NCBI GenBank assembly: GCA_020137815.1
Contig: CM035354.1
Coordinates: 3,596,001 to 3,660,000 of the forward strand
Origin: Hormiphora californensis
Lineage: Eukaryota > Animalia > Ctenophora
Length of the DNA stretch: 64,000 nucleotides
Direction of reading: 5' to 3'
A program made the position numbers and the translations under genes. Below the pieces are notes generated by a model. The model saw only the letters and a program-made list of their open reading frames with translations, did not search any database and was not told where the DNA came from. Each line of letters opens with the position of its first letter. The stretch's first letter is position 1. Positions 13,601 through 27,789 of this stretch are shown in pieces.

Positions 13601-13662
13601 CAGTGGATGCGGATGCACCACCAACTTATGATGAAGTTGTGAATGCTGACACTCGATTCTGA
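7639..13662 (+). CDS. Uncharacterised multi-pass membrane protein: N-terminal TM, Cys-containing extracellular loop, further TMs, C-terminal PPxY; weak resemblance to KCNMB/TipE-type channel auxiliary subunits
   Basis: Phase-compatible exons ~7639-7741, 7903-8111, 8978-9085, 9322-9447, 12618-12725, 13079-13119, 13172-13324, 13503-13662. Reads MPEACGAVSSLLLLLAIAAIITTGVIFIDP..GSCRVTGI..WFPCF..SVWIWFLVSWIVYLVLC..FLLALVGFLILGVACLILFIPFL..APPTYDEVV. Confidence 0.65.
8169..8914. mobile_element. piggyBac-type MITE in intron
   Basis: TTAA|CCCTTTGGGGACGAT...ATCGTCTCCAAAGGG|TTAA. The internal palindrome TTGGGTCACCTGTGACCCAA recurs at ~8287, ~8647 and 8881. Confidence 0.85.
10804..11157. mobile_element. 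Tc1/mariner-type MITE, TA TSD
   Basis: TA|CTGTAAAACCA...TGGTTTTACAG|TA, with subterminal ATTTTCGCG repeats. Confidence 0.75.
11512..11957. mobile_element. MITE-like element with ~125-bp terminal inverted repeats
   Basis: 11512-~11640 is the reverse complement of ~11829-11957 (ACTAGATCCAAAAACC.../...GGTTTTTGGATCTAGT). Confidence 0.75.
11967..12607. mobile_element. Tc1/mariner-type MITE with ~260-bp TIRs, TA TSD
   Basis: TA|CAGGGTGTTCATATGGGATC...GATCCCATATGAACACCCTG|TA. Confidence 0.85.
12720..13085. repeat. ~32-bp minisatellite (GGGAATGTTTGTGGATCTCTAGGGTAAGAGTT) x ~11, forming an intron
   Basis: Tandem units read directly. They interrupt the membrane-protein reading frame. Confidence 0.9.
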
Positions 13663-14198
13663 TTTCTAGAACCCTCAAGAAGGCCCCCCTGGTGTATACT
13701 GTGCCCTTGTTCTGTTCTAAGTTCTAACCCACCTTTACATGTGGGGCACGGAGAGAGAAAGAGAGAGGGTTGAACAAGGCAAGTGTACCTGCCACTAGCC
13801 AGGGGTAGGTAGCGCTCTACCGTGTAAAAAGGTAGTGCAGTCTACCTACGTGTAAATGCAAGTTTTAACTTAAAACTTTGTTTAAAATGTCGAGATGTTT
13901 TGTCTAAAGATAATCTATGTGTATGTTAGACTTTTAAAATAGAGCTTTATCCGTTTATTTGTATGTGTTTTGTTAGTTTTATACATTATTGAGAGCTGTT
14001 TATTTTTTCAAGTTAATAGGGTTTTTTCTAAGTTATTTTGTGTTCAAGTTCCATGCCACATAAAGATGTTTTTAAAAGCTGGGTTTCAAGTCTTCTAAAT
14101 CCCTAATAAATCCCTAATTAATCCCTCATAAATCCCCAATATATCTCCTATCTTCTCTAGAATATAATCTATCAACACCTATATTATAGGGACCCTAG

Positions 14199-17100
14199 AT
14201 GACAGTTATACCGTCAGTTTGTCTGTCCGGTCTTCAGGCAGAGACTGCTTCCCTGCCCTATGGAGAATCTCTATCAGTATCCCTGAACCTTCCTGGAGAT
14301 AGGCCCGAGGAAGCGAACATTTCGGTAACTAGCTTATTAATTAAACAATTAACAAGCCCTTTTTAATCTCGATCTAGTGCTGTACATGAATTAATATTTT
14401 ATATGTTCAGGTACTATCGGACCCCATAATAAACACACGAATCCCTGAACCATCTGCCCTTGAGAGGCTTATCTCTCACACAGACACTCTAGTAGCCTAT
14501 AAGTTCCAGGTAAGAGAACTTTCTTTTTGTTTCAACTAGTTACTTAGTTATTTTCTACTGTATCTGTTCTAAATTGGTCGATATTGGCTGACCCCCGGCC
14601 CCGTTACAGGTTCATGAATCATTATACTCTATAAAGTTGTAGTAACCCGACTATCTTTGCCTTGCTCGACCCCGACAAATATAAAGGAGGGTTAGAACAT
14701 AACCCGACTATTTATTCCAGGTAAAGAACCAGCCAGTGTTAAAGATATGTTCGCATGAGGACATAGCTCTGAGATCCCTGGTTAAAGATATTGGTAACAT
14801 CAGATCCTTCATCCTGCACAGCCCCACACACAGTGAAGATGAGGAATCGGACGATGTTCTGGGTGTTCTGAGTGTTCGATCTGACGGCTGTCTGGTCCTC
14901 CTTGTTTACGATATTGCCGTGGAAGAAAATGGGAAACCTTCGTATCCTTTTACTGCTGTTATTGAAGTGATCTAGAGTTCTAGTTTGTATTGGAACTTTT
15001 TTCAAAGTGTTTTACCGCACCCTTTTTTCGGGCTGTTCAGCAAATTGACAGATAAGAGCGATAAAAGGGTCCAGTGCAAGCTATGTACATAAATGATAAT
15101 CTGAACCAAATAGTTAGAGTTCCTTAACACTTCATCTACTAGACACCAGTTGAGGTTTACAGAAGTGCTAACAGATTCCTATCCTGATACCTCCCCTCCT
15201 CCTCTTATCCAGTTTCAACCCAATTCAACTACTAACCTGGTCGTCGCATTTGGCACCAAAATATTCGTTGGTATGGAAACCATTTTACTCCTTTATAAAA
15301 CTTTTCAAGACACTTTTTATTCAAAATACTTTTTATAACTTCAGTTGATGGTCTGAGTGGTGGACTGCACTCTCTGATAGATGTGCCTATTGTATTGAAA
15401 CACCCTGTAGTTAGTATACATATTGCTACTGATGAGGAGAAAACATTGGCCATCTGTACTAGCGATGGGCGGGTACATATGTGGGATACAGGTATAAAGG
15501 CAGTTTGTTTGTTTGTGATTGCTGCGTCTGGTGGATGACCAGCCAAATATGCAGTTATATTGCCATATTTAGTCACAAATCCTAACTTTCTTGGCTCTCG
15601 ACTCTGAAGCAGTCACAAAGTTGATTGACTTTTAATTGATTTCAGTGGCAGGAGAGGATCGAACTGACCCTATAGAAGTTATGGATATCGTCTCCTCGCC
15701 CGATTCCGACTCTGAGGAAAGTCCAGCGGCTAGATGGATATGCTTCCCAGGTGGGTTACGAGCGGGGGTGACCACCGAACCAACTTTTAACAGCGCCGCG
15801 CACTGTTGTCAGCAATTGTGGCACGAGATAACGCCGCGCGCCACCCGCCGAATAACAGCCTATTTACCGCCACAACAACCCCTCTATCTGTTATGTTGAA
15901 CATACCACCCTCCCCTTCTTTTTAGACGATTGCAGCTCTGACGAGGATCCCTGGCAAAGTATGATCATGGCATCTCACTCTCAGCTGCTGATGTACAGTC
16001 TTGCAGAGTGGCATACCACATACACAGTTCAAATTGAGTTTCCACACGGATTTGTAAGTGCAGTGTGGAGAGAGAGAAAAAGGGAGAGTGGGAGAGAAAA
16101 AGAGAAATCAGAAAGAGAGAAAGTTGTATAGTACTGTAGAAAATGTAGAAATGTGATGTGTACACAAATAACCCCGGTATTATCCTGTCAGGAGCCCCCA
16201 CCTGATCTGAGGTACCACCTGGACAAACAAGCACAGATTCTCATCCTATCTTCCTCCTCCCTCCTCTATTTGTACATTTTTGAGCTCCATAAAACACGAG
16301 GCTACAAGTCTCCTGACGTCTTTTCATTTGTATCCTGTCAACCAATACAGTACAAAGCACTTGATTTTGTAATAATGGGGTGTGAGAAACCCGATGCAAT
16401 TCAAGGAAGATACGAGGTATGAACTAAACAGTATTATCATTATACCCCACCCCTAATTATCATTATTTTGTTACCTTCTCTCCATTTTCTATTCCATGCT
16501 CAATACAAATCCCCTTATCCACAGAGCTCACAATTCCAGTACAAGATAGACCTTTGGGTTGCCACATCTACAGGACTGTTTCGATGGCAGATAGAAATCT
16601 CTCCGCCCTCTACCTTCCCTCCTGCTCCACCCCCTCAACTCCCTGCAGATCCCCCACGCTCTCCAATATCCTCCTCAACTACATCTGATGTAGAGGAGAT
16701 CCTTTCTCCCCCTGCTGCAGTGCCCTCCTTGTCCGAACTACCCCCTCCAAACTCGACCCTGCCAGCGGACTTCCTGCTAACTCTTAGCCAGGATTTACCC
16801 AAGTTGGTCCCACAGTCAGTGGCCCCAAATTCATCCCTTCAACTTCTCACAGCAACACCCCCAGCCACTCCCAATACAGGTACTACATACAGGGCTGGAG
16901 GGTACTTCATTAGTTCTAAACTCAGAACTCTAAATAAGAGAGATAAATACTCCCTAATCCCTAATTTCCACTCCTAGTCCCCCTAAATATCCCCCTCTGC
17001 AGAGCCCAGTATGGTTGGTCTCCTGGTGCTGCTTGATGACGTAACTGTCGACATAGAGAGAGTCACGGAATACGTGTGTAAACTACTTGATAGGGGTATC

Positions 17101-20100
17101 GAGAACAGTACCAACATCGCCCAAAACATTATCATTGATATGTACTCGAACAAAGGTATGGGTTTAATGAAAATTATTAAATTACTTCGAATTGTCAAGT
17201 TAAAACCTCTAACCCTCCTTTACATTTGTAAGAACTTTCCGTGCGAGGCGTGATGAAACAGGGTCGAGCAAGGCAATTAAAACCATCTTGCTTGTCTTGA
17301 CTATCAAACTTTGTGTCACCACATATCCCCTTCCTCTTAGATTGGTTTGCTGATGTGGTAGAGAGGTTGTCTCAGGAAAGTGTGGGTCTAATGGAGACCT
17401 TCAACTCGGAGCTAAGGATACTTTTAAAAGGGTGGCTAGATAATAATACCTTACACACCCAGCCCCACACCATGTTAACGGATCTATCAAGGGGAGGTAG
17501 GTTACAAGTTTTTAGATGTCCAAGGAAACGTGATAATATCCAATCTGAAAAAGTGATAATCTCCAATCTCTGGGAGTATTTAACATTACTTTTCCAATCT
17601 CTAGATTAACAAGATAAACAACGATATATAATGGTGCTAGATCAATAATAAATAAAGGTCTTTAGAAACAATAAGCGGTATTTTTTCAGTGACACCTCTT
17701 CTTGATAACATTGATATCAGTCATGGAATCTACGAGTATGTCTCTGGAGACAGTCCTCTCGCATTCTCTATAATGCCCGTCCACCATGTCACCCTATCAG
17801 ACCAGATATCGACTATTTTGGGTCGGATTGTACCTCCTCTTCCCTCCCCGGGCTCCCTGAAGACTGGTCAACTAGTGTGCTGCCGGTCCGGAGACCTCAA
17901 GTGGAGGCGAGGTGTGGTGAGGGGTGTATTCGCAGAAGATGAGGTCAGCGTCTACCTGATAGATGTTGGAGAGAACGAGATTGTGGGGATGAAGAATGTT
18001 AGAAACTTGGAAGTGTTGGCCTCTATACCGCCCCTGGCTCTGAAGGCCCGACTAGCCCGGGTAAAGAGCGCTTCTGGGGAAATCAATGGACAAGCAATCC
18101 ACATCTTCAAGTGAGTCATGTTTTTGTTAAAAACTCCTCTTCAGTCTGACCCCATTCTCTGTGAGCGCGTGAGAACAGTGGTCAGAACAGCATTGGTCTG
18201 ACAGGTGTCCATGTTGTTGCTGAGGTATTTACAAAACCCCCTATATTACAGGAACGAGTTGCTGCAGTTTGGTCAACTGAGAGTCCAGATTATGGGCCAA
18301 CAAGACGGAGTACTCAGTGTGGAGGTCTACTCAGCAGACCGATATACCCACGATGGGCTAGCGGACAGGTTGTACAAATTGGATCTGATTGAGTCCATCT
18401 CACCACCAGGCGGAGTTGGATTAGCTAAGTTTGAAAAGAAATCTAACAAGACGACTGGTAAGTTTTATAAGAGCCCACTAAACAGGTTCCTACACCAATG
18501 ATATCTCATCACTCTTCAACTATACTGCTCGTTATTTAAACAGAATTGAGCCCCCCCCCCCCCACTCTTCAACTATTTCCCACTATTATACTACTCATTT
18601 TTTAAACATTTTTAGTTTTATTTCCCCCCTTTCCCCAGGTATAGAGTACCCTGTTGAGAGGGAGAGATCGGGAATACTGGCCAGCACATACCATGACACA
18701 AAACTCATCCAGAATGACCCATATTTATCAGAACTCCTTACGTACAAGGTACAATGTATTAGAGTGTTGCTTCTGTGTTGCTCGATATTTCACATTTTTG
18801 TTATACAGCGCCAACTAAAGCAGCTATATCAGCACATGTGTCTTGCAGGTAAAGGATGCCATTGGAATCCCCCTGTACCTACAGGAACCTACCTCCGCAA
18901 GCATTCCAGATCTTGCTACCATGACAACTCCCTCCGCAAGCATTCCAGATCTCGCTACCATGGCAACTCCCTCCGCAAACATTCCAGATCTTGCTACCAT
19001 GGCAACTCCCTCCGCAAACATTCCAGATCTTGCTACCATGGCAACTCCCTCCGCAAACATTCCAGATCTTGCTACCATGGCAACACCCTCCGCAAACATT
19101 CCAGATCTCGCTACCATGGCAACTCCCTCCGCAAGCATTCCAGATCTCTCTACCATGGCAACTCCCTCCGCAAACATTCCTGACCTCTCTACCATTCCTA
19201 CCCCTGGTGGCGACCTCTCTTCCATTCCGGCACCTGATGGTGTTCGATCCTCCCCCAAGGATCGCCCAACCTCGCCAGTCACTAAGGGAGCTGCGGCTGC
19301 TAAAACACCTCCTCTCCAGCATGTTCCCATTGAGCCTCTCCAGCTGCCTCCAATTGAAACACAACAGCCTGCCCGGGCTCAGTCCCCAACTACCACATCT
19401 CCCCGGCACTTAATGAGCTCTCTGAGAACCCCACCTCGTACTGCTGCCCCTGCCTCCGGTCCTCCTGTAATCCCAACATTCTCTGACCTTCCTAACGGAC
19501 ATCACACCCCACCTACCCGCCGTGCACCATCTGGTTTCGGGGCAGTCGACATTAGAGAAGAGGTGGGTGGAGTGATCTGAATAAGTCCTCTCTCCCTCCC
19601 TATCTTCCCTAAATGCAATTAGTTAGAGAGAGGGGAGTGGTCACCTTTGCCGTTTGCCAGCGCAATAATACAGCTAATGTGAATCTTCTCCCATAGAATA
19701 ATGTTTCGTACTGTCTACCGGATGATTCCTACGACCTCTCACAAATAAGTAGTGCACTGGGGGAGGCTGTGGGAGATCTGAAAAGTAGACGTTCTAGTAA
19801 AGGTACCAGACTGTTTCTTTTTATACATTTCTCATTATTATGACCCCCTTTCCTATTTCTGGTGAAACATCCCAATATAAACCTCCTATTCCCCGGTCTT
19901 TTGCCACTATAATCTCCCCACTATTTCCTGTTCTTTGGCAACTATGATAATCTTCCGGTTATTACCAGGTCTGCTAAACTTTGAGGAGATCCAGAGATGT
20001 GTAACACAGAGTTTGCCTGGCAGTGGCTTGAACCGGGCCACACCAAACGAGAAAGAGAGACTGACGGAGTGTGTAGAGAGATGCGTAGATACTGCTGTAG

Positions 20101-21449
20101 TCATTCTCAAACCGGATCTTAAAAACTTTATGTGAGTTAAAACTGTCTTATGACTATATATGGGCATGACCGTATATGGTCACGTTCTGTACTGTTATGC
20201 CTCTTTAGGGAAGATGTTGTGACCAAGACTAACAAAGAAGTGAATAAGAAGTTAGCAAAACTACAAAACATCACAGCTAAACGGAATGAGGACAAAGTTA
20301 GAAAAGAAATTAAGGCCATCTTAGAGGTATTATAATAGACAGAGAGTGGGGTGGTAGTGACCAGGAACCGACCGAATCAAGAAATACTGGTCCCTGATTG
20401 GCTGATAACCAGTCACGTGACCTAAATAAAGAGTTATGATTGGTTGTTTACTTTTTTCGGTCGGTTCCTGGTAGTGACACAGTCAACTTTGATTTGTACT
20501 GTGTCTCTGTCCAAACGCTTCGTTACTATTACCGGACAGTTTCCCCATTCCCTAACTGCACCCCTCTTTAGAACGATAGAAGTGTAGAGGAAAAGTTGAG
20601 AGATGATACCACATTCTCTGACCACATCCGTCAAGTGTTATTGCCCTCCTATGATAGGATGCTGGGGGAGACTTTCTCTCAGTTCACCACGGCCCTCACC
20701 AATACTACCTTCCCTGGGAATAATGGTCCAGGGCGACAACAGGTAGGGATGGGGTGGGGGGCTCACCAACACTACCTTCCCTGGGAATCATGGTGCAGGG
20801 CGACAACAGGTATAGGGGTGGGGTATTGTATAATATGGTAATAAGGGGGGGGGGCTCACCAACACTACCTTCACTGGGAATAATGGTGCAGGGCGACAAC
20901 AGGTAGGGGTATTGTATAATATGGTACTAAGGGGGGGGGGGCTCACCAACACTACCTTTCCTGGGAATAATGGTGCAGGGCGACAACAGGTAGGGGTGGG
21001 GGGTATTGTAGATGAGTAAGAGGTTTAGTAGCGGGGTAGTAGATGTATTGTATATGGGGTGTATATGGGGTGTAGATGGGATGTAGACACATCCAAGACA
21101 AAGTTGGGTTACCCTGATTATAGAAGTAGGGGAAAGGTATTAAATATATGGTTACATTCAAGTTAGGGGTGGGAGTTTCCAGGAGGGTAACTAGGGGACC
21201 AAATAGGGACCGCGTGGGGTGAATCCTGTTAACACAATGTTGTTCCACCCCTAACATAATGTATTATGTACAATGTTCCACCCCTAACAGTCAGAGAGGG
21301 AGATGCTGCAGTATCTCAACCACATTGAAGCCTCCCTGGTGACTCTGGAAAAGGAACAGGCTCACAGCGCTGGACGGATCAGGACCACGTGCGGGAAAGT
21401 TGAGGACAATCTGAAGAATGCTGTGTCTGAACTATACCAGCGGCGCTGA
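14199..21449 (+). CDS. EDC4: EDC4/Ge-1 (enhancer of mRNA decapping 4)-like protein with internal extended Tudor domain; ~20 exons
   Basis: The N-terminal WD40 region parallels EDC4 (LISHTDTLVAYKF..LAICTSDGRVHMWD..PWQSMIMA..EWHTTYTVQI..LDKQAQILILS..LYIFEL). The C-terminal helix IRQVLLPSYDRMLGETFSQF resembles EDC4 VVLPAFEKSCQAMFQQI. Tudor lies in 17690-18457. All junctions are GT-AG with consistent phase. Stop TGA at 21447-21449, then AATAAA. Confidence 0.8.
14655..14704. repeat. Short interspersed repeat CTTGCC..CTCGACCC...GGTTAGAACATAAC; other copies ~54210-54259, ~61900-61965, ~63261-63304, reverse ~13714-13783
   Basis: Shared ends seen by eye; class unknown. Confidence 0.6.
18886..19205 (+). 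repeat. Coding 39-bp tandem repeat (TPSANIPDLATMA) x ~8 inside the EDC4-like exon
   Basis: Seen in DNA and in ORF 18843..19580. Confidence 0.9.
20362..20470. mobile_element. Second copy of the 109-bp hAT-type MITE, TSD GTAGTGAC
   Basis: Same TIRs and body as 7164-7272. 8-bp TSD at 20354-20361 and 20471-20478. Confidence 0.9.
20695..21010 (+). repeat. Four tandem copies of an exon 3' end plus splice donor (CTCACCAACACTACCTTCCCTGGGAATAATGGTGCAGGGCGACAACAG|GTA)
   Basis: Copies start at ~20695, ~20762, ~20855 and ~20942. Confidence 0.88.
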
Positions 21450-22128
21450 GCTGTAAATGTAGAGTGAATAAATCAGAGGTTATCAGGGGGGGGGGAGGGC
21501 TCGTCGAGCGGGGTCATTTGTATGGGGACGGGATTGAACCTCTTATTAGAGAATTCCCATCAGCTGGTTTAGTTGTTATCCACGTTTTTTATTGACCATC
21601 ATATTATGGGTTCATGTACATTTTAATTAACTTATTGGGTTAATTAAAATGTCAATTAACTGTTAATTAATTAGTTCAAAAAGACCGACAACACTCCTCA
21701 GTACAATTATACTGATACGGAGTGGTTACAGACTAACACGCCTCATGGATTCACTCTCTATCTCTTTCAAACCCTTTCAAACATGAGAAAGATAGAGAGG
21801 ATAGAACTCGTTTTTTGACTGAATAATATACCCGCGGTGTGATGACAGATACAAGTTAACCCCGGGTGTGTATAACTCTCTCTCGCTCGAGTGTGTGTGT
21901 GTGTGTGTTCATCATGATGTGTGTTTGAGTGTTCATCATGATGTGTGTTTGAGTGTTCATCATGATGTGTGTAATTGCCTTTACCATAATGTGCCCATGT
22001 GACACAATTATACTTCTCTCATTGCTAAATGATGCGTTTGATTGGCTTTACCAATGATTTTTACACGCAAATCTCCCCCCACGTGACAGAGCAACCTGAC
22101 GAGCTGGAGAGAGAGTTGGGGAGAGAGA

Positions 22129-22182
<54 letters not shown>

Positions 22183-22337
22183 GAGAGAGAGAGAAATAGA
22201 TAAAGATAGAGAGAGAGATGGGCAAGTCTAATCCTATTACTGTTGTTGTGTATTTCCGTTTGCATTTGGTTGACGGTGGAACATACACTGTTTAACATAC
22301 CGAGACAGTGCTAACAAGTTTTCCCAGTGTTTTTGAT

Positions 22338-26038
<3,701 letters not shown>

Positions 26039-26584
26039 TGAGGGAGGGGAGACTACTGATATCAGTTGGTGACATGTCACATGGACATCTGTATGATATT
26101 TCTAATGAGAGGGAGAGAGGGGAGACTACTGATATCAGTTGGTGATATGGACACCTCACACCTTTGTGAGATCGACGAGGGAGAGAGGAGGAGAGACTAC
26201 TGATTTATCAGCTAGAGTGAGAGTTAAAACCACTTCTGTGAGACCTGCTTAGACCTGCAGCTACTACATCTGCTGCAGCTCTATGACTCATAGTGTGAGA
26301 ACTGTATTGAGCGAAATAGACTCCAGAAACGAGAGAGAGACATGGAACCATGGAGAGTTTTGAAATAATGTTTGAGACTCGAACTGTTATTGTGTGCCAG
26401 TGTTATAGATTGTAGTTGTGTGAATCAGGGTATATTGTTAGAAATAGTAGCCCAAATGTAAATCTAACCAATATGTGTTCACAATCAGTTTCAATGTAGA
26501 CGATAATCTATCAGGCATCACGCCGACCACTCTTCCCGTGAGCTTCTTTTGAGCTAGAATTAGAAAAGTTGTCAGGCTGAGGTA

Positions 26585-26661
26585 CTGTCTGGCGCCGCCC
26601 GAGCCCGTTTTGTTTCTCAACGACAACAGTGCGCTCAGATCGGGTCGGCGCCGCCAGACAG
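26585..26661. mobile_element. Tiny (~70-77 bp) MITE CTGTCTGGCG...CCAGACAG with 8-bp TSD; related copies at 31057-31129, 49925-49993, ~28763-28820
   Basis: TSD is CTGAGGTA here, TTCTCGCT at 31049/31130, and imperfect TACCAAAG/TACCCCAG at 49917/49994. Confidence 0.8.
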
Positions 26662-27789
26662 CTGAGGTATCACCTTGCCAGACATGATAGCTACCGCGTG
26701 GCCCAAATTAAAGGGAGGGTACGTTGGCCTTCTTTTCACCCAGAAGTTTAATTTCAATCACTCTGATATTTTGACACAATGTCTGCATGGTTACTCATTC
26801 GAGGAATCCGAAGTTTCAGCTCTCTGGATAAAAGTTCATTTTTTTCGACCGAATGAACATTGAATGAACACCAATATGGGACCATATTTCGGTACCAAAG
26901 TTTCACAAATTTGTTTGGCTATCGATTTCCTTTCGAATGGGACCAGTTTGAGCTTAATTGGATCACCACAAGAATCACAGTGATCCGTTTTCTAAGCCTA
27001 GGGTAAGTCATGTGATCCCCATCAAATTATGACGTATTAGCAAGAGAGCTTACATTTTAACGGATGCTGTATCGGTGCACCATCCTCATTAGCAGACGTG
27101 ATACGTGATACTCGTCCGTTACACCTGCTTATTGGCACTTAGTAATGACGCTATCGTCTCATTAGGTGTCAGATGACCAAACCTAGGGTTAGATAACTAG
27201 ACACTGTGTCTCTTGTGATGGTCCAATTGAGCTCAAATTAGTCGCGTTTGGAAGGAAATCGATACCCGAAGGCAACTGTGAAATTCCGGTTCCAAAAAGC
27301 ATTCCTGTTTTCAAGTTCATTCAGGATTCATTCCAGTCGGAAAAATGAATTTTAAGATAGAGAGATTAAATTCCGGCTAACATCAAAATTGATCAAGTGT
27401 AGTGGCCGTACAGATTTTTAGCGCCTGAATTTACCGATTTCTGGTCAAAACAGGTCAAAATCGATGTTTGGTAAAAAATATCATCTTTAAATAACTTATT
27501 TCACCCACTAAACTTGATTCAATTTTAATAAAAATTCAGATTGCCATTTGTTGATACTTGCTCTATTGTATGGCGGTTTTTTAAATAATAAAATCGAATT
27601 TAATCAAGAGAAAACCTCAAAAAACCCGAAAAACGAAAAATTGAGTTCATTAATGAACTTTCAACTTTTATGATTTGAAACTTCGGATTCCTCGAATGAG
27701 TACCCATGCAGACATTGTGTCAAAATATCAGAGTGATTGAAATTAAATTTCTGGGTGAAAAGAAGGCCAACGTACCCTCCCTTTAATTT

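Noticed and set aside
17233-17340. In-frame TGA in the EDC4-like gene (possible selenocysteine, readthrough or pseudogene)
   Set aside because: It falls in an intron. The acceptor CTTAG at 17340 gives the right phase and skips it.
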